A stretch of 64,000 nt of DNA from an uncultured Bacteroidales bacterium (GCA_902800525.1 CADCEV010000002.1:95695-159694); one strand, 5' to 3'; numbered from the stretch's first letter, positions 53,983-63,754 are shown. The notes: generated from the sequence alone by a model not told the origin. Program-made: numbers and translations.

Positions 53983-54321
53983 ATGAATACAATCAGTTAT
54001 AAAGGTTATCTCGGAACGGTGAATTTCTCTGAGAAAGACGGCTGTTTTTACGGAAAGATAGAAGGCATAGATGGTTTGGTGAACTTCGAAGGCGAGAGTG
54101 TGCATGAGTTGACAGAGGCTTTTCACGAAGCGGTAGATGACTATGTGGCGTACTGCATCGCCGAGGGATTGGAACCGCATAAAAGCTATTCCGGTCAACT
54201 GAATATCCGTATCAAACCCGAGACACACAGCCGCATTGCTGCTTTGTCTAAACAAGCCGGAGAGTCTATCAATGCGTTTATCAGTCATGCTTTGGATCTG
54301 CGAGTTGCAGCAATGCTGTAA
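53983..54321 (+). CDS. hicB: HicB-family antitoxin with a C-terminal RHH-like DNA-binding segment
   Basis: YKGYLGTVNFSEKDGCFYGKIEGIDGLVNFEGESVHEL and QLNIRIKPETHSRIAALSKQAGESINAFISHAL. Confidence 0.8.
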   Translation: MNTISYKGYLGTVNFSEKDGCFYGKIEGIDGLVNFEGESVHELTEAFHEAVDDYVAYCIAEGLEPHKSYSGQLNIRIKPETHSRIAALSKQAGESINAFISHALDLRVAAML

Positions 54322-54339
54322 AAAATAGCGCATATTACC

Positions 54340-54368
54340 AAAAAAGAGCACGTCCGGTGCTCTTTTTT
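54340..54368 (+). terminator. Intrinsic terminator (AAAAAAGAGCA-CGTCCGG-TGCTCTTTTTT)
   Basis: Same stem as the terminators at 53589 and 55506, with a different loop. Confidence 0.8.
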
Positions 54369-54417
54369 GTGTGAAATGTCCCTTTTTGCGTGCAAAACGA
54401 AAATTTCTCTTGCGTAT
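54361..54417 (+). repeat. 57-bp direct repeat, copy 1
   Basis: TCTTTTTTGTGTGAAATGTCCCTTTTTGCGTGCAAAACGAAAATTTCTCTTGCGTAT, identical to 55528-55584. Confidence 0.9.
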
Positions 54418-54432
54418 TTGGATTTTTTTTAC

Positions 54433-54454
54433 TACCTTTGCAGCGTCAAAGGTA
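54433..54454 (+). promoter_or_regulatory. Palindromic promoter/operator TACCTTTG-CAGCGT-CAAAGGTA
   Basis: Copy of the element at 31676-31698, 19 nt upstream of the ATG at 54473. Confidence 0.55.
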
Positions 54455-54472
54455 AAACGGAAGAAAATAACT

Positions 54473-54607
54473 ATGGAAGCAGTTACTTACAAAACGGAAG
54501 AGGAGCGCTTGGAGGCCTTACGTCGGATGGTAGGCATGAGAAAAATATTTGAAGCACGTGCCAGAGAGATTTATGAAAAAAAGTATGGAATCTCTTTAGC
54601 ACAATGA
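54473..54607 (+). CDS. Small 44-aa helical basic protein, unknown function
   Basis: MEAVTYKTEEERLEALRRMVGMRKIFEARAREIYEKKYGISLAQ. It has its own palindromic promoter. The track ORF 54371..54607 starts upstream of that promoter. Confidence 0.4.
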   Translation: MEAVTYKTEEERLEALRRMVGMRKIFEARAREIYEKKYGISLAQ

Positions 54608-54689
54608 TAAGCCTTTCCGAAAATGCTATTAACCAGCGTGCTCCTTATAAGGTGGAGCAGACGGGAGATACTTCTTTCATGTTTTTTAC

Positions 54690-54711
54690 TACCTTTGCCC
54701 CATCAAAGGTA
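54690..54711 (+). promoter_or_regulatory. Palindromic promoter/operator TACCTTTG-CCCCAT-CAAAGGTA
   Basis: Third copy with the same arms and a different spacer, upstream of the MNT/HEPN pair. Confidence 0.5.
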
Positions 54712-54725
54712 AAACGGGATATTCC

Positions 54726-55046
54726 ATGAGAGATCAAAAGCAGTTCATAAGACGGTTATCCAAACTGGGGAAAGAAGTTCTTCCCAGTACGGCATCTCTT
54801 TGGCTATATGGTTCTCGTGCAAGAGGTACAGCTCATGAAGAATCCGATTGGGATTTGTTGATTTTATTGGACGAGGAGAGCCAAAAAACCACCGATTTTG
54901 TGCAATATGCTTATCCGTTTACGTTAATGGCATCGGAGGATGATCAACTGGTCATTCCGCAGATTTACACCAAAAAACAATGGCAACAAATGCACTTTAC
55001 CCCGTTTGTCAAGAATGTAGAACACGATAAAATTGTATTAGTATGA
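54726..55046 (+). CDS. Minimal nucleotidyltransferase (MNT) antitoxin-type protein
   Basis: LYGSRARGTAHEESDWDLLILLDE matches the GSxxRG...DxD pattern. 4-nt overlap with the HEPN gene. Confidence 0.8.
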   Translation: MRDQKQFIRRLSKLGKEVLPSTASLWLYGSRARGTAHEESDWDLLILLDEESQKTTDFVQYAYPFTLMASEDDQLVIPQIYTKKQWQQMHFTPFVKNVEHDKIVLV

Positions 55047-55444
55047 GTTTATCCGATGACGAGCGCCGTATCATGGTGGAATTGGAAATAGAACGTGCAG
55101 AGAAAATTATGGAACAGTTTGAAACACTGCGCGAACAACAATATTGGGATACGCTTGTAAACCGCATGTATTATGCTGCCTTCCATGCTGTAAGCGCATT
55201 GCTGATTCATAATGCCTTGCAGGTGCATACCCATAGGGGCGCACTCAGCGCATTCAATAAGGAGTTTGTGCGAACGGGAGTGTTTTCTGTTGACGAAGGA
55301 CACTTGTTTTCTAAATTGGAAGGTTTGCGCGAACGAGGGGATTATAATTGCTTCGTCGATGCAACCGAAGATGAGATTGCTCCACTAATAGAGCCGCTAA
55401 AGGCCTTAATCGCAAAGATCAAAGGACAACTACAGGCAAACTGA
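55043..55444 (+). CDS. HEPN-domain protein (toxin partner of MNT)
   Basis: 133 aa, helical, YYAAFHAVSALL and LRERGDYN motifs, genetic coupling to MNT. Confidence 0.75.
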   Translation: MSLSDDERRIMVELEIERAEKIMEQFETLREQQYWDTLVNRMYYAAFHAVSALLIHNALQVHTHRGALSAFNKEFVRTGVFSVDEGHLFSKLEGLRERGDYNCFVDATEDEIAPLIEPLKALIAKIKGQLQAN

Positions 55445-55460
55445 ATGTACCCTCTAACGC

Positions 55461-55536
55461 CTCATCGAAGGCGCTTACTAACTCTCGAAACGGGATGAAT
55501 ATCAGCAAAAAAGAGCATTAATCGTGCTCTTTTTTG
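55461..55536 (+). repeat. 76-bp direct repeat, copy 2
   Basis: 75/76 identical to 53545-53620. Confidence 0.9.
55506..55536 (+). terminator. Intrinsic terminator, duplicate of 53589-53620
   Basis: AAAAAAGAGCATTAATCGTGCTCTTTTTT. Confidence 0.8.
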
Positions 55537-55584
55537 TGTGAAATGTCCCTTTTTGCGTGCAAAACGAAAATTTCTCTTGCGTAT
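55528..55584 (+). repeat. 57-bp direct repeat, copy 2
   Basis: Identical to 54361-54417. Overlaps the end of the 76-bp repeat and runs into the pnp promoter. Confidence 0.9.
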
Positions 55585-55599
55585 GTCAAAAAAAAGTAG

Positions 55600-55607
55600 T
55601 ACCTTTG
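55600..55607 (+). promoter_or_regulatory. -7 box (TACCTTTG) for pnp
   Basis: TTGCGTATGTCAAAAAAAAGTAGTACCTTTGTG. Confidence 0.55.
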
Positions 55608-55673
55608 TGCGACTTTTTATGGGTCTTAATAATTAACAGGTCGCAAACGGCGGCCAAAAATGACGAATAAATA

Positions 55674-57944
55674 ATGAATATTGTAACCAAAGAAATCGCT
55701 CTCCCCGATGGACGAGTGATCAAACTGGAGACAGGCAAGTTGGCTAAACAGGCCGATGGCGCAGTAATGGCGACCCTTGGCAACACGATGATTTTAGCTA
55801 CTGTCTGCTCCGCCAAAGATGCGGTACCGGGCACAGATTTTATGCCCTTGACCGTAGAGTACAAAGAGAAATTTGCGTCCGCAGGACGCTTCCCGGGCGG
55901 TTTTACCCGCCGCGAGGGCAAAGCATCGGATTATGAAATCCTGATCGCACGTCTCATCGACCGTGCCCTTCGTCCCCTCTTCCCTTCTAACTATCACGCA
56001 GAGACCTTCGTTAACGTCACCATGTATTCGGCTGACGGTATCGACATGCCGGAGAGCATTGCCGGTCTCGCAGCAGGTGCAGCACTCGCTTGCTCCGACA
56101 TTCCTTTCGAGGGTCCGGTGAGCGAAGTACGTGTAGCGCGTGTGAACGGTCAGATGGTGATCAACCCGACCTTCGAGCAATGCGAGCACGCTGACCTCGA
56201 GCTGATGGTGGCTGCTACGTATGACAACATCATGATGGTCGAGGGCGAGATGAAAGAGGTGCCGGAGTCCGTTATGCTGGAGGCTATCAAAGCAGCGCAC
56301 GAGGCTATCAAACCGCAGTGTCTGGCTATCAACGAGATGATGAAAGCTTACGGCAAAGAGGTAAAACGTGAGTACTGCCATGAGGTAAATGATGAGGAGT
56401 TGAAGCAGGCAGTTCATGACTTCTCCTACGCTCGCGCTTATGCACAGGCTACTTCCGCAGACACTGACAAACATCACCGCGAGGAGATGTTCACCCAGAT
56501 CCGCGAGGACTTCAAAGCCGAGAAAGCTGACTACATGGCAGCTCGCGCTGAGGCGTTAGGCATCGATATCGATGAGGTGGCAGCGCTTGTAGATCGTTAC
56601 TATCATGATGTAGAGAAAGAGGCTATGCGTCGCGCGGTGCTCGATGAAGGCAAGCGTCTCGATGGCCGTAAGACCACGGAAATCCGTCCGATCTGGTGTG
56701 AGGTAGGTTACCTGCCCGGCCCTCACGGATCCTCTATCTTCACCCGTGGCGAGACTCAGTCGCTCTCGACCGTTACCCTCGGTACGAGCCGTGATGAGAA
56801 GATCGTGGATGAGGCGCTGATCCAAGGCACCGATAAGTTCCTCCTGCACTATAACTTCCCGCCGTTCTCCACGGGTGAGGCAAAAGCCGCTCGCGGTGTA
56901 GGCCGTCGTGAGATCGGTCACGGTAACCTCGCTTGCCGTGCGCTGAAGAACATGATTCCGGAAGACTTCCCTTATACCGTACGTGTAGTAAGTGATATCT
57001 TGGAGTCGAACGGTTCCAGCTCGATGGCTACCGTTTGCGCAGGTACCCTCGCTCTCATGGACGCCGGTGTACCGATGAAGAAACCTGTTTCCGGTATCGC
57101 GATGGGTCTGATCTCCGAGAACCAAGGTAAGAACTACGCTATCCTGAGCGATATCCTCGGCGATGAGGACCACCTCGGCGACATGGACTTCAAGACCACC
57201 GGTACCAAGGACGGTCTGACCGCTTGCCAGATGGATATCAAGGTAGATGGTCTTTCATACGAAATATTAGAGAACGCGCTCGCACAGGCGCACGAGGCAC
57301 GTATGTACATCCTCGGTAAGATCCTCGAGTGCATGCCTGCTCCGCGTGCTGACCTCAAACCGCACGCACCGCGTATCACCTCTTTCTATATCCCGAAAGA
57401 TATGATCGGCGCTGTCATTGGCCCGGGCGGTAAGATCATCCAAGGCATTCAGGCTGAGACCGGAGCTGTCATCTCCATCGACGAAGATGAGAAGGGCGGC
57501 AAGGTAGAGGTAGCTTCCAACAACGGCGAACAGATGGCAGCTGCTATCGCGAAGATCAAAGCGATTGTTGCTCTGCCGGAGGTTGGCGAGGTATATGACT
57601 CTGTCGTTAAGAGCCTCATGCCGTACGGCTGCTTCGTAGAGTTCATGCCGGGCAAGGAAGGTCTGCTGCATATCTCCGAGATCGATTGGAAGCGTTATGA
57701 GACCATGGAAGAGACCGGTATCAAAGAGGGTGACCACATCCGCATCAAACTGCTGGAGGTAGATCCGAAGACCGGTAAGTTCCGTCTCTCCGCCAAAGCG
57801 CTCAAAGAGAAACCCGAAGGCTACGTAGAGCCGGAGCGTCCTGCCCGTGCACCGCGTGGAGACCGCAACAGCAATCCGGACGGAGCTCGTCTCGACAGAG
57901 GCCCGCGTCCTGAGCGCCGTGGTCCGAGACCCGAGCGTCACTAA
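55674..57944 (+). CDS. pnp: Polyribonucleotide nucleotidyltransferase (PNPase)
   Basis: Two RNase PH domains, then KH ([15 protein letters not shown]) and S1 ([20 protein letters not shown]) domains. 756 aa. Confidence 0.95.
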   Translation: MNIVTKEIALPDGRVIKLETGKLAKQADGAVMATLGNTMILATVCSAKDAVPGTDFMPLTVEYKEKFASAGRFPGGFTRREGKASDYEILIARLIDRALRPLFPSNYHAETFVNVTMYSADGIDMPESIAGLAAGAALACSDIPFEGPVSEVRVARVNGQMVINPTFEQCEHADLELMVAATYDNIMMVEGEMKEVPESVMLEAIKAAHEAIKPQCLAINEMMKAYGKEVKREYCHEVNDEELKQAVHDFSYARAYAQATSADTDKHHREEMFTQIREDFKAEKADYMAARAEALGIDIDEVAALVDRYYHDVEKEAMRRAVLDEGKRLDGRKTTEIRPIWCEVGYLPGPHGSSIFTRGETQSLSTVTLGTSRDEKIVDEALIQGTDKFLLHYNFPPFSTGEAKAARGVGRREIGHGNLACRALKNMIPEDFPYTVRVVSDILESNGSSSMATVCAGTLALMDAGVPMKKPVSGIAMGLISENQGKNYAILSDILGDEDHLGDMDFKTTGTKDGLTACQMDIKVDGLSYEILENALAQAHEARMYILGKILECMPAPRADLKPHAPRITSFYIPKDMIGAVIGPGGKIIQGIQAETGAVISIDEDEKGGKVEVASNNGEQMAAAIAKIKAIVALPEVGEVYDSVVKSLMPYGCFVEFMPGKEGLLHISEIDWKRYETMEETGIKEGDHIRIKLLEVDPKTGKFRLSAKALKEKPEGYVEPERPARAPRGDRNSNPDGARLDRGPRPERRGPRPERH

Positions 57945-57950
57945 ACAAAA

Positions 57951-57982
57951 ATAAGCAGCGCAACCGCGCTGCTTATTTTTTA
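57951..57982 (+). terminator. Intrinsic terminator after pnp
   Basis: AAGCAGCG-CAACCG-CGCTGCTT followed by ATTTTTT. Confidence 0.8.
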
Positions 57983-58013
57983 ATTCACAATTCACAATTC
58001 ACAATTCACAATT
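57982..58013. repeat. AATTCAC heptamer array (4.5 units)
   Basis: Inverted relative to the array at 58389-58501. The two flank the four-helix-bundle gene. Confidence 0.9.
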
Positions 58014-58374
58014 TTATATCATTGTTGTTTTTTGAGGTTTTAATAATAGATGTCAGAATCTTTAATAGCTCTTTATTATCAGAATATACACTATTAAATA
58101 ATGTTTGCTCAAGTATATTACTTTCGTACAAAAGTTCTAACCAATATTCCGTCTCTTCCGCTTCTTTTAGCGCAATGGAAAATTTGGCAATAAAGTCTGG
58201 GGTGCTCTGTGCTCTAACTCCTTCTTTTACATTCGCGCCAATGCTTGTACCCGATCGTAATAGTTGTTTTGAAAGAACATACTCATGTTTATCGTTGCTT
58301 AACAATTGGTATAAACTTATTATTCGCAACGCGAATGCTTTGCTTTTTTGCTCTATTACATTTCCCTCTTTCAT
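58006..58374 (-). CDS. Four-helix-bundle protein (23S rRNA intervening-sequence protein family)
   Basis: 122 aa. KHEYVLSKQLLRSGTSIGANVKEG....S..DFI.KF.IALKEA.ET.YWLELL is typical of the family. Confidence 0.8.
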   Translation of the reverse strand: MKEGNVIEQKSKAFALRIISLYQLLSNDKHEYVLSKQLLRSGTSIGANVKEGVRAQSTPDFIAKFSIALKEAEETEYWLELLYESNILEQTLFNSVYSDNKELLKILTSIIKTSKNNNDIKL

Positions 58375-58388
58375 AGATTTATCTATTT

Positions 58389-58501
58389 TAATTGTGCATT
58401 ATTAATTGTAAATTGTGCATTGTGCATTATTAATTGTGAATTGTGCATTGTGAATTGTGCATTATTAATTGTGCATTGTGAATTGTGCATTGTGAATTGT
58501 C
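58389..58501. repeat. (A/C)ATTGTG heptamer array with ATTATTA interruptions, about 113 nt
   Basis: Runs from the four-helix-bundle gene start up to the tamB stop codon. Confidence 0.95.
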
Positions 58502-61500
58502 AAAACTCTTTCTTCCACATGAATCCGACACCTTGCACAGTGGAGGCTTGACGGAGCGAGTATTTGTCCACGGTGTGGGTATAGCCCTTGATGCGCCACT
58601 GGCCGTCTTCGGTCAGCAGCACTTCCACATCGAGGTCGCCGAAGAACGGCTGGTTGGAAATATCGTTGTAGCGATAGCCGAAGTTACCGTTGATTACCAG
58701 CCTGTCCACCGGTTGCAACTGGAACTGCGCCTCATATTCCTGACTCGTACCGGTGTTGCCTTGGTCCGTCCGGATCGCCACGCCGAGGGTCAGCATGTTC
58801 GTCAGTTTGGATAGCCAGGCGTTGATCTGGCTCGTTACGGTCGAGGACAGCAGCGAATAGGTGGAGTTCAGCGTCGCGTACTGCGAGTTGGACATGTAAT
58901 CCGGCGTGAAGAAACGGCCGAACACTAACAGATAAATAACCTGCCTCATCAGCATCTCGTCCGTGTTGATCACTTGCCTTACTTGCTGCTGAATCGTCTG
59001 GTCGGACAGCGGGAGCTCTAACGAGAAGGACAGAATAGGGCTCCGCAGCGTGCCGCTCATGTGCAGACACGTCAGAACGGGTATGTTCGTCCGCGCTACC
59101 GTCAGCTGCTCCGCCTCGTCGCCGAAGAGGTCACGCAGGTTCGCCGTTACGCGGTATTTGGCGGTCACGTTCAGCTGCGGGTTCGTCGCATCGCCGGAGA
59201 ACGAGATCGTGGAGCCTTGACCCACGGTGAACTCTTTGCGGATGACGTTTCCTACGGTGTAAGACATCGAGCCTTGGTCTATATCGTACGAGCCTAAGAG
59301 CGACACATTGGACGAACGGGTATCGAACGCCAACTGCAAAGCGCCGTTGCCCCGACCTTGCAGCACATCGCCGTTGCGCTCGCCCAAAACGAGCTGGAAG
59401 AGCAGCTGCGGGTTGATGTCGATATTCAGTTTGAGCAGACAGCCGCCTTTGCGTCGGAATATAGTGCTGTCTATTTTCGCCACACGCTTGAGGTCGATAT
59501 TGTCCAGATCGGTCTCGATAACCGTGTCTCGGGAGGTCGTGTCCGGGTGTTCCACAAAATGGATGAAATTCGACTCCTCGGCGTTGTTGATCTTGTCCAG
59601 ACTGAGCCGGAAAGAGGAGTTCTTGGTCGTCTTGGCGGTCGCGGAAACGATGATGTCGGTCTGCGGTCCGGTCACGTCCACATGTCCGTCGGCGAACACA
59701 TGCCCGCGGACCATCTCGCCGGCGGTGTTCTTGTTAAACACCAGCGCGTGTTCCGCATCCACATGCAGATCCAGCACGTAGTTCTTGAACTGCTCGTGAT
59801 AGATACCGCCGTTCACGAGCACCGGGTTGCCTTCTGCGTCACGGGCATGTACTTCCGGGAAGAGAATAGCCATTGTGTCCATGACGATCGTGTCCGACGG
59901 AATGGTATAGCGCACGTCGGTCCATGGGAGCGTGAAAGAAGCGTTATGCGCCTCGCATCGCAGGAGCACATACACGCCTTTCTTCTTGCTGCCGCCTACT
60001 ACCACCCGGCCGTTACCCGAACCGTCCATGTCGCGCAACACCACGGAAGTCCAGTGGTTGATGAACTGCAAAGGAACGGAATCCGCCTTCATGTCCAGAC
60101 ACCAGGTGGGGTTCTTGCCGAATTTGGCTACACCGTCTAAGTTGACCGTCTTGCGTACACCCCGCATCACATCGGCGTGGAAATACAGCGAGTCATCCAC
60201 ATGCAGATCCACGTCCGCCTCGCCGAAATAGCAGTTGTTCAGACCCATCGAATCAACATGAATCTGCGTCTCCACCAGCGGATGTTTGAACAGCGAAGTG
60301 ATGTCCGCCTGTCCGGTGAGATAGCCGTTGAACATGATCGCCTGCACCGGCAGGAAGAACGGTACTACATATGCCGCATTCACGCGTTTGAGATCCACCG
60401 ACAGCGTGTCACTTGCCCGCCGGGAAGCAACACCGTTGGCGCGGAGATGCTGGCCGCCGCCTTCAAACGAGAAATGGTCTATCTGCACGGATTTGTCTGC
60501 CCCGCAGTATGTCACGCGGCTTTCGCCCAAGGAATAGACGGAGTCGCGCAGCAGAAGCGTGCCGGGCATGAAATGCATGTCTATCAGCGGTTTCTTGTTG
60601 TATTTGGTAAAATGAGTGACGCACTTCAAATCGCCGCCGTAGTTACCTGCCCGCTGTGCTGCTACTAATGCTTTCAGCCGCTCCCGATGTGTCAGCGTCA
60701 TGTCCTCCGCCAGAGCCCGTTGCAACTCGCGAGGCGTGAGGTGTTGCCAGCCTTCCGGCAGCAACTCCTGCAACTGCGAGTGCTGGCGGAGCGTGACGTG
60801 CGAAAGGAGTGTATCGTTATACGCCAACATCGAAATCAGAGTCTGCATCTGCATCGCTTCCGTCGAGGCGTTGAACGTCAGCGCCGTACTGCCTTTGGTA
60901 GCTGACGAGTCGCGGCGCGTGATCGTGCTCAGCGTGAGCGTCAGGTCGTGCAGCGGCGTGTTGCCGGCGCGCACGCCCGGGGCAAAGAAGCGTACATCCA
61001 CAAACGGCTCTTTGTCCGCCCGGACTGTCGCCTCGGCGCGCAGAGTAGGGTGGTCCGACAGCGTGATCGGAGCTACGAACAGCCGCTGCACATCCCGCAA
61101 ACGCTCGCCGTTAGCCCGCAGCGAGAGCGTCACAGGTTGCCACGACTTGGCAGGTGACGCAACGGCGGTCGGCAGGTAATGATGCAGCATCGCCTGCATC
61201 GCCGGTACCACATCGCCGTAACGGAACAGACCGTCGCATTGCGCGGAGAGATAGTCCGAACGTAGCGTGATCGACTTCGTTCCATTCGGCTCGGCGGCGG
61301 CGAACAGCGACAACTGGCGCATCAGAACCGAGTCCCGCGCTGTCCCCACATAAAGCGAGTCGATCACCAGATAGCCCGACATCTCATCCGGCTTGCTGCC
61401 GCTCAGGTCAACCGCCATCGCGAAAGAGGACGTCAAACCGAACTGCGAGTCCTTGTCTATCAGCGGATGAGTCGCAAAATTCTTGCACCGCAGGTTGAAA

Positions 61501-63032
61501 TTGATCTCGGGATTCTCGTCGCGCAGGTTCACTACGCCGTCGAACGCCATGTCCATGTGCGGATCACGGATCCGGAACTGACCCTTGTAGTGCTTCGGCG
61601 CATAGTGACCGTCGATACGCAGGTCCTCGTACGTATATCCGTTATAGGTGAACTGCCGCAGGTGTGCCTTCACGTCTCCTTCCACCACGCCGTCGTTGAT
61701 CTCGCCGCGCGACTGAAAATCCAAGGTCAGCGAACCGATCTTCGGCTGGTTCAGCAACCGCCCTAAGCGGAACTTGCGGCCTACGATCTTCGCGTCATAG
61801 TCCATGTGCTCGAATAACGAATCGGAGCGGAACGAACCGTCCGTTGTGATCGTACCCAAAGCCGTCCGGAAGGCGCCGTGCAGCGTCAGATCGTGCAAAC
61901 GCCCTTCCGCGATACCACGGTAATGAATGTCGCCCAAACGGTGTATCTCTTTGGGCAAACGGACAGGGCGGTTATACAGCTGCGAAAGGAAATCCTGCAT
62001 TTTGGAAGCGTTTGTGTTCACATCGCGCAGGTTCGCACGCAGATGAGGATTATTGAAATCCGGCAGACCCACCGCCGAAACATCGCCTTCTAATATCGTG
62101 TGACCGTTATAGCGGATAGCCATGTCTTCGAATCCTAACGAGTCCAGCGTGCCCCGCAAAGCTCCGCTCAGTTCGACCGGCTTTTTGAGACCTTTGAGCC
62201 GCGGCGCGAACAACGCTATGTCCGCCGGCACTAACTGCGCCTCGTGAAAGGCAAGCGCAAACGTGATCTCATGCGCCGAACGGCTCAGATAGAGCGTATC
62301 TACATCCGGAAAACGCACCTCTATGCCGCTCATGTCCAGACGGGAGTTGGGCAACTGAGCCGTCAGAGTAGGGACCAGAAAGGCGCTGTCGTTCAGCATC
62401 ATATGTGCCCGCAGGGACTGTATATCCAGACGCTGCGAACGGTTGCCCCGCTTGCGGACCTGAGCCTTGAACTCGCTGATCTGAGCGTCTAACAACTCCT
62501 CGCTCAACTGATGCAGATCCATGTCCGCGTATTCCAATTCCGCCAACAGATCGTCGTACCGCAAGCGGATACGGTCCAGCTGCACGTCCTGAACGGAGAT
62601 CAGACTCCGCAGCGGACCACGTTCTTTCTTCTCGCGTTTGGGAAGACGGCCGGTTAGGAAACTGTAGTTCCATGTGCTGTCCGGCAGATGATACAGATTA
62701 GCCACCACGTCCGAAAGACGCACATGCGAGAAACGTATCTCCCCGTGATAGAGCGGCAACGGGCGGAAGTGCGCAAACACTTCGCCCACATACACCAACG
62801 TGTCCTGCTGTTGGTCCTCGATATACACATCCCGGATCGCTAAACGCGCAGGAAAACGATATTCTATCGCACCCACATGCGCCTCTGTGCCTAAGGCGCG
62901 CGAGAACTCCGCCGTCACTAATTGTACCGCCGCCGTCTCCACTTCATCGCTCATCAGGGCACGAACCAACATGGTGCCTACTAACAGCAGACTCACTATC
63001 AAAACGGCTAATATGTACAAAAAGCGCTTCAT
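58500..63032 (-). CDS. tamB: Translocation and assembly module protein TamB (AsmA-like, C-terminal DUF490)
   Basis: N-terminal anchor MKRFLYILAVLIVSLLLVG (ATG at 63032; the track starts at 63053), very long beta-rich body, C-terminal GNFGYRYN...FFGDLDVEVLLTEDGQWRIKGY. Confidence 0.85.
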   Translation of the reverse strand: MKRFLYILAVLIVSLLLVGTMLVRALMSDEVETAAVQLVTAEFSRALGTEAHVGAIEYRFPARLAIRDVYIEDQQQDTLVYVGEVFAHFRPLPLYHGEIRFSHVRLSDVVANLYHLPDSTWNYSFLTGRLPKREKKERGPLRSLISVQDVQLDRIRLRYDDLLAELEYADMDLHQLSEELLDAQISEFKAQVRKRGNRSQRLDIQSLRAHMMLNDSAFLVPTLTAQLPNSRLDMSGIEVRFPDVDTLYLSRSAHEITFALAFHEAQLVPADIALFAPRLKGLKKPVELSGALRGTLDSLGFEDMAIRYNGHTILEGDVSAVGLPDFNNPHLRANLRDVNTNASKMQDFLSQLYNRPVRLPKEIHRLGDIHYRGIAEGRLHDLTLHGAFRTALGTITTDGSFRSDSLFEHMDYDAKIVGRKFRLGRLLNQPKIGSLTLDFQSRGEINDGVVEGDVKAHLRQFTYNGYTYEDLRIDGHYAPKHYKGQFRIRDPHMDMAFDGVVNLRDENPEINFNLRCKNFATHPLIDKDSQFGLTSSFAMAVDLSGSKPDEMSGYLVIDSLYVGTARDSVLMRQLSLFAAAEPNGTKSITLRSDYLSAQCDGLFRYGDVVPAMQAMLHHYLPTAVASPAKSWQPVTLSLRANGERLRDVQRLFVAPITLSDHPTLRAEATVRADKEPFVDVRFFAPGVRAGNTPLHDLTLTLSTITRRDSSATKGSTALTFNASTEAMQMQTLISMLAYNDTLLSHVTLRQHSQLQELLPEGWQHLTPRELQRALAEDMTLTHRERLKALVAAQRAGNYGGDLKCVTHFTKYNKKPLIDMHFMPGTLLLRDSVYSLGESRVTYCGADKSVQIDHFSFEGGGQHLRANGVASRRASDTLSVDLKRVNAAYVVPFFLPVQAIMFNGYLTGQADITSLFKHPLVETQIHVDSMGLNNCYFGEADVDLHVDDSLYFHADVMRGVRKTVNLDGVAKFGKNPTWCLDMKADSVPLQFINHWTSVVLRDMDGSGNGRVVVGGSKKKGVYVLLRCEAHNASFTLPWTDVRYTIPSDTIVMDTMAILFPEVHARDAEGNPVLVNGGIYHEQFKNYVLDLHVDAEHALVFNKNTAGEMVRGHVFADGHVDVTGPQTDIIVSATAKTTKNSSFRLSLDKINNAEESNFIHFVEHPDTTSRDTVIETDLDNIDLKRVAKIDSTIFRRKGGCLLKLNIDINPQLLFQLVLGERNGDVLQGRGNGALQLAFDTRSSNVSLLGSYDIDQGSMSYTVGNVIRKEFTVGQGSTISFSGDATNPQLNVTAKYRVTANLRDLFGDEAEQLTVARTNIPVLTCLHMSGTLRSPILSFSLELPLSDQTIQQQVRQVINTDEMLMRQVIYLLVFGRFFTPDYMSNSQYATLNSTYSLLSSTVTSQINAWLSKLTNMLTLGVAIRTDQGNTGTSQEYEAQFQLQPVDRLVINGNFGYRYNDISNQPFFGDLDVEVLLTEDGQWRIKGYTHTVDKYSLRQASTVQGVGFMWKKEF

Positions 63033-63141
63033 GTGCGTATATTGAGCATGCAAATTTACGAAAAATATTTCGTACGTGCAAATAAAATCAATAAAAAAGC
63101 ATTTTTTTGCAAAAAAATTTGCTCATTTCAAAAAAAAGCAG

Positions 63142-63149
63142 TATCTTTG
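63142..63149 (+). promoter_or_regulatory. -7 box (TATCTTTG) for rplS
   Basis: TTTGCTCATTTCAAAAAAAAGCAGTATCTTTGCA. This implies a leader of about 210 nt. Confidence 0.45.
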
Positions 63150-63366
63150 CACGCTTTTTCTCGTCGGAAGTGGCTTGCGACGACTTCGTTGCCCTGCAAC
63201 TCGTATAGTCGCCGTACTTCCTCCTCTCCCCAAAAATTAAAATTTCCGGGGACCCCGATGTAGAAGAAGTACATATCGTGCCTCTGGCGATTGCAATAGG
63301 TTCGACCGAATAGTAGTAAATGCCCGATGTGTTTTTGTTGAAATCCATAAAAAATGAGTTAACGAA

Positions 63367-63720
63367 ATGGATTTGATTAAAGTAGCTGAGCAAGCTTTTG
63401 CCGGCGAGAAGAAAGAGTTCCCTGCATTCAAGGCAGGTGATCAGATTACGGTAGGTTACCGTATTAAAGAGGGTAACAAAGAGCGTGTACAGGAGTTCCG
63501 CGGTGATGTCATCTGCATCCACGGTAGCGGCGACAAGAAACGCTTCACGGTTCGCAAAATGAGCGGCAACGTTGGTGTTGAGCGTATCTTCCCGATGGAC
63601 AGCCCCTTCATTGAGAGCATCACTGTTAACAAGTACGGTAAAGTACGTCGTTCGAAACTGTATTACCTCCGCGAGCGTACGGGTAAGAAAGCCCGCATCC
63701 AGGAGCGCCGCGTTAAGTAA
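63367..63720 (+). CDS. rplS: 50S ribosomal protein L19
   Basis: FKAGDQITVGYRIKEGNKERVQEFRGDVICIHGSG..KRFTVRKMSGNVGVERIFP.DSPFIESI. Confidence 0.93.
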   Translation: MDLIKVAEQAFAGEKKEFPAFKAGDQITVGYRIKEGNKERVQEFRGDVICIHGSGDKKRFTVRKMSGNVGVERIFPMDSPFIESITVNKYGKVRRSKLYYLRERTGKKARIQERRVK

Positions 63721-63754
63721 TCACGCACCCGTGATTACCGCGTCAACCAAGCGA

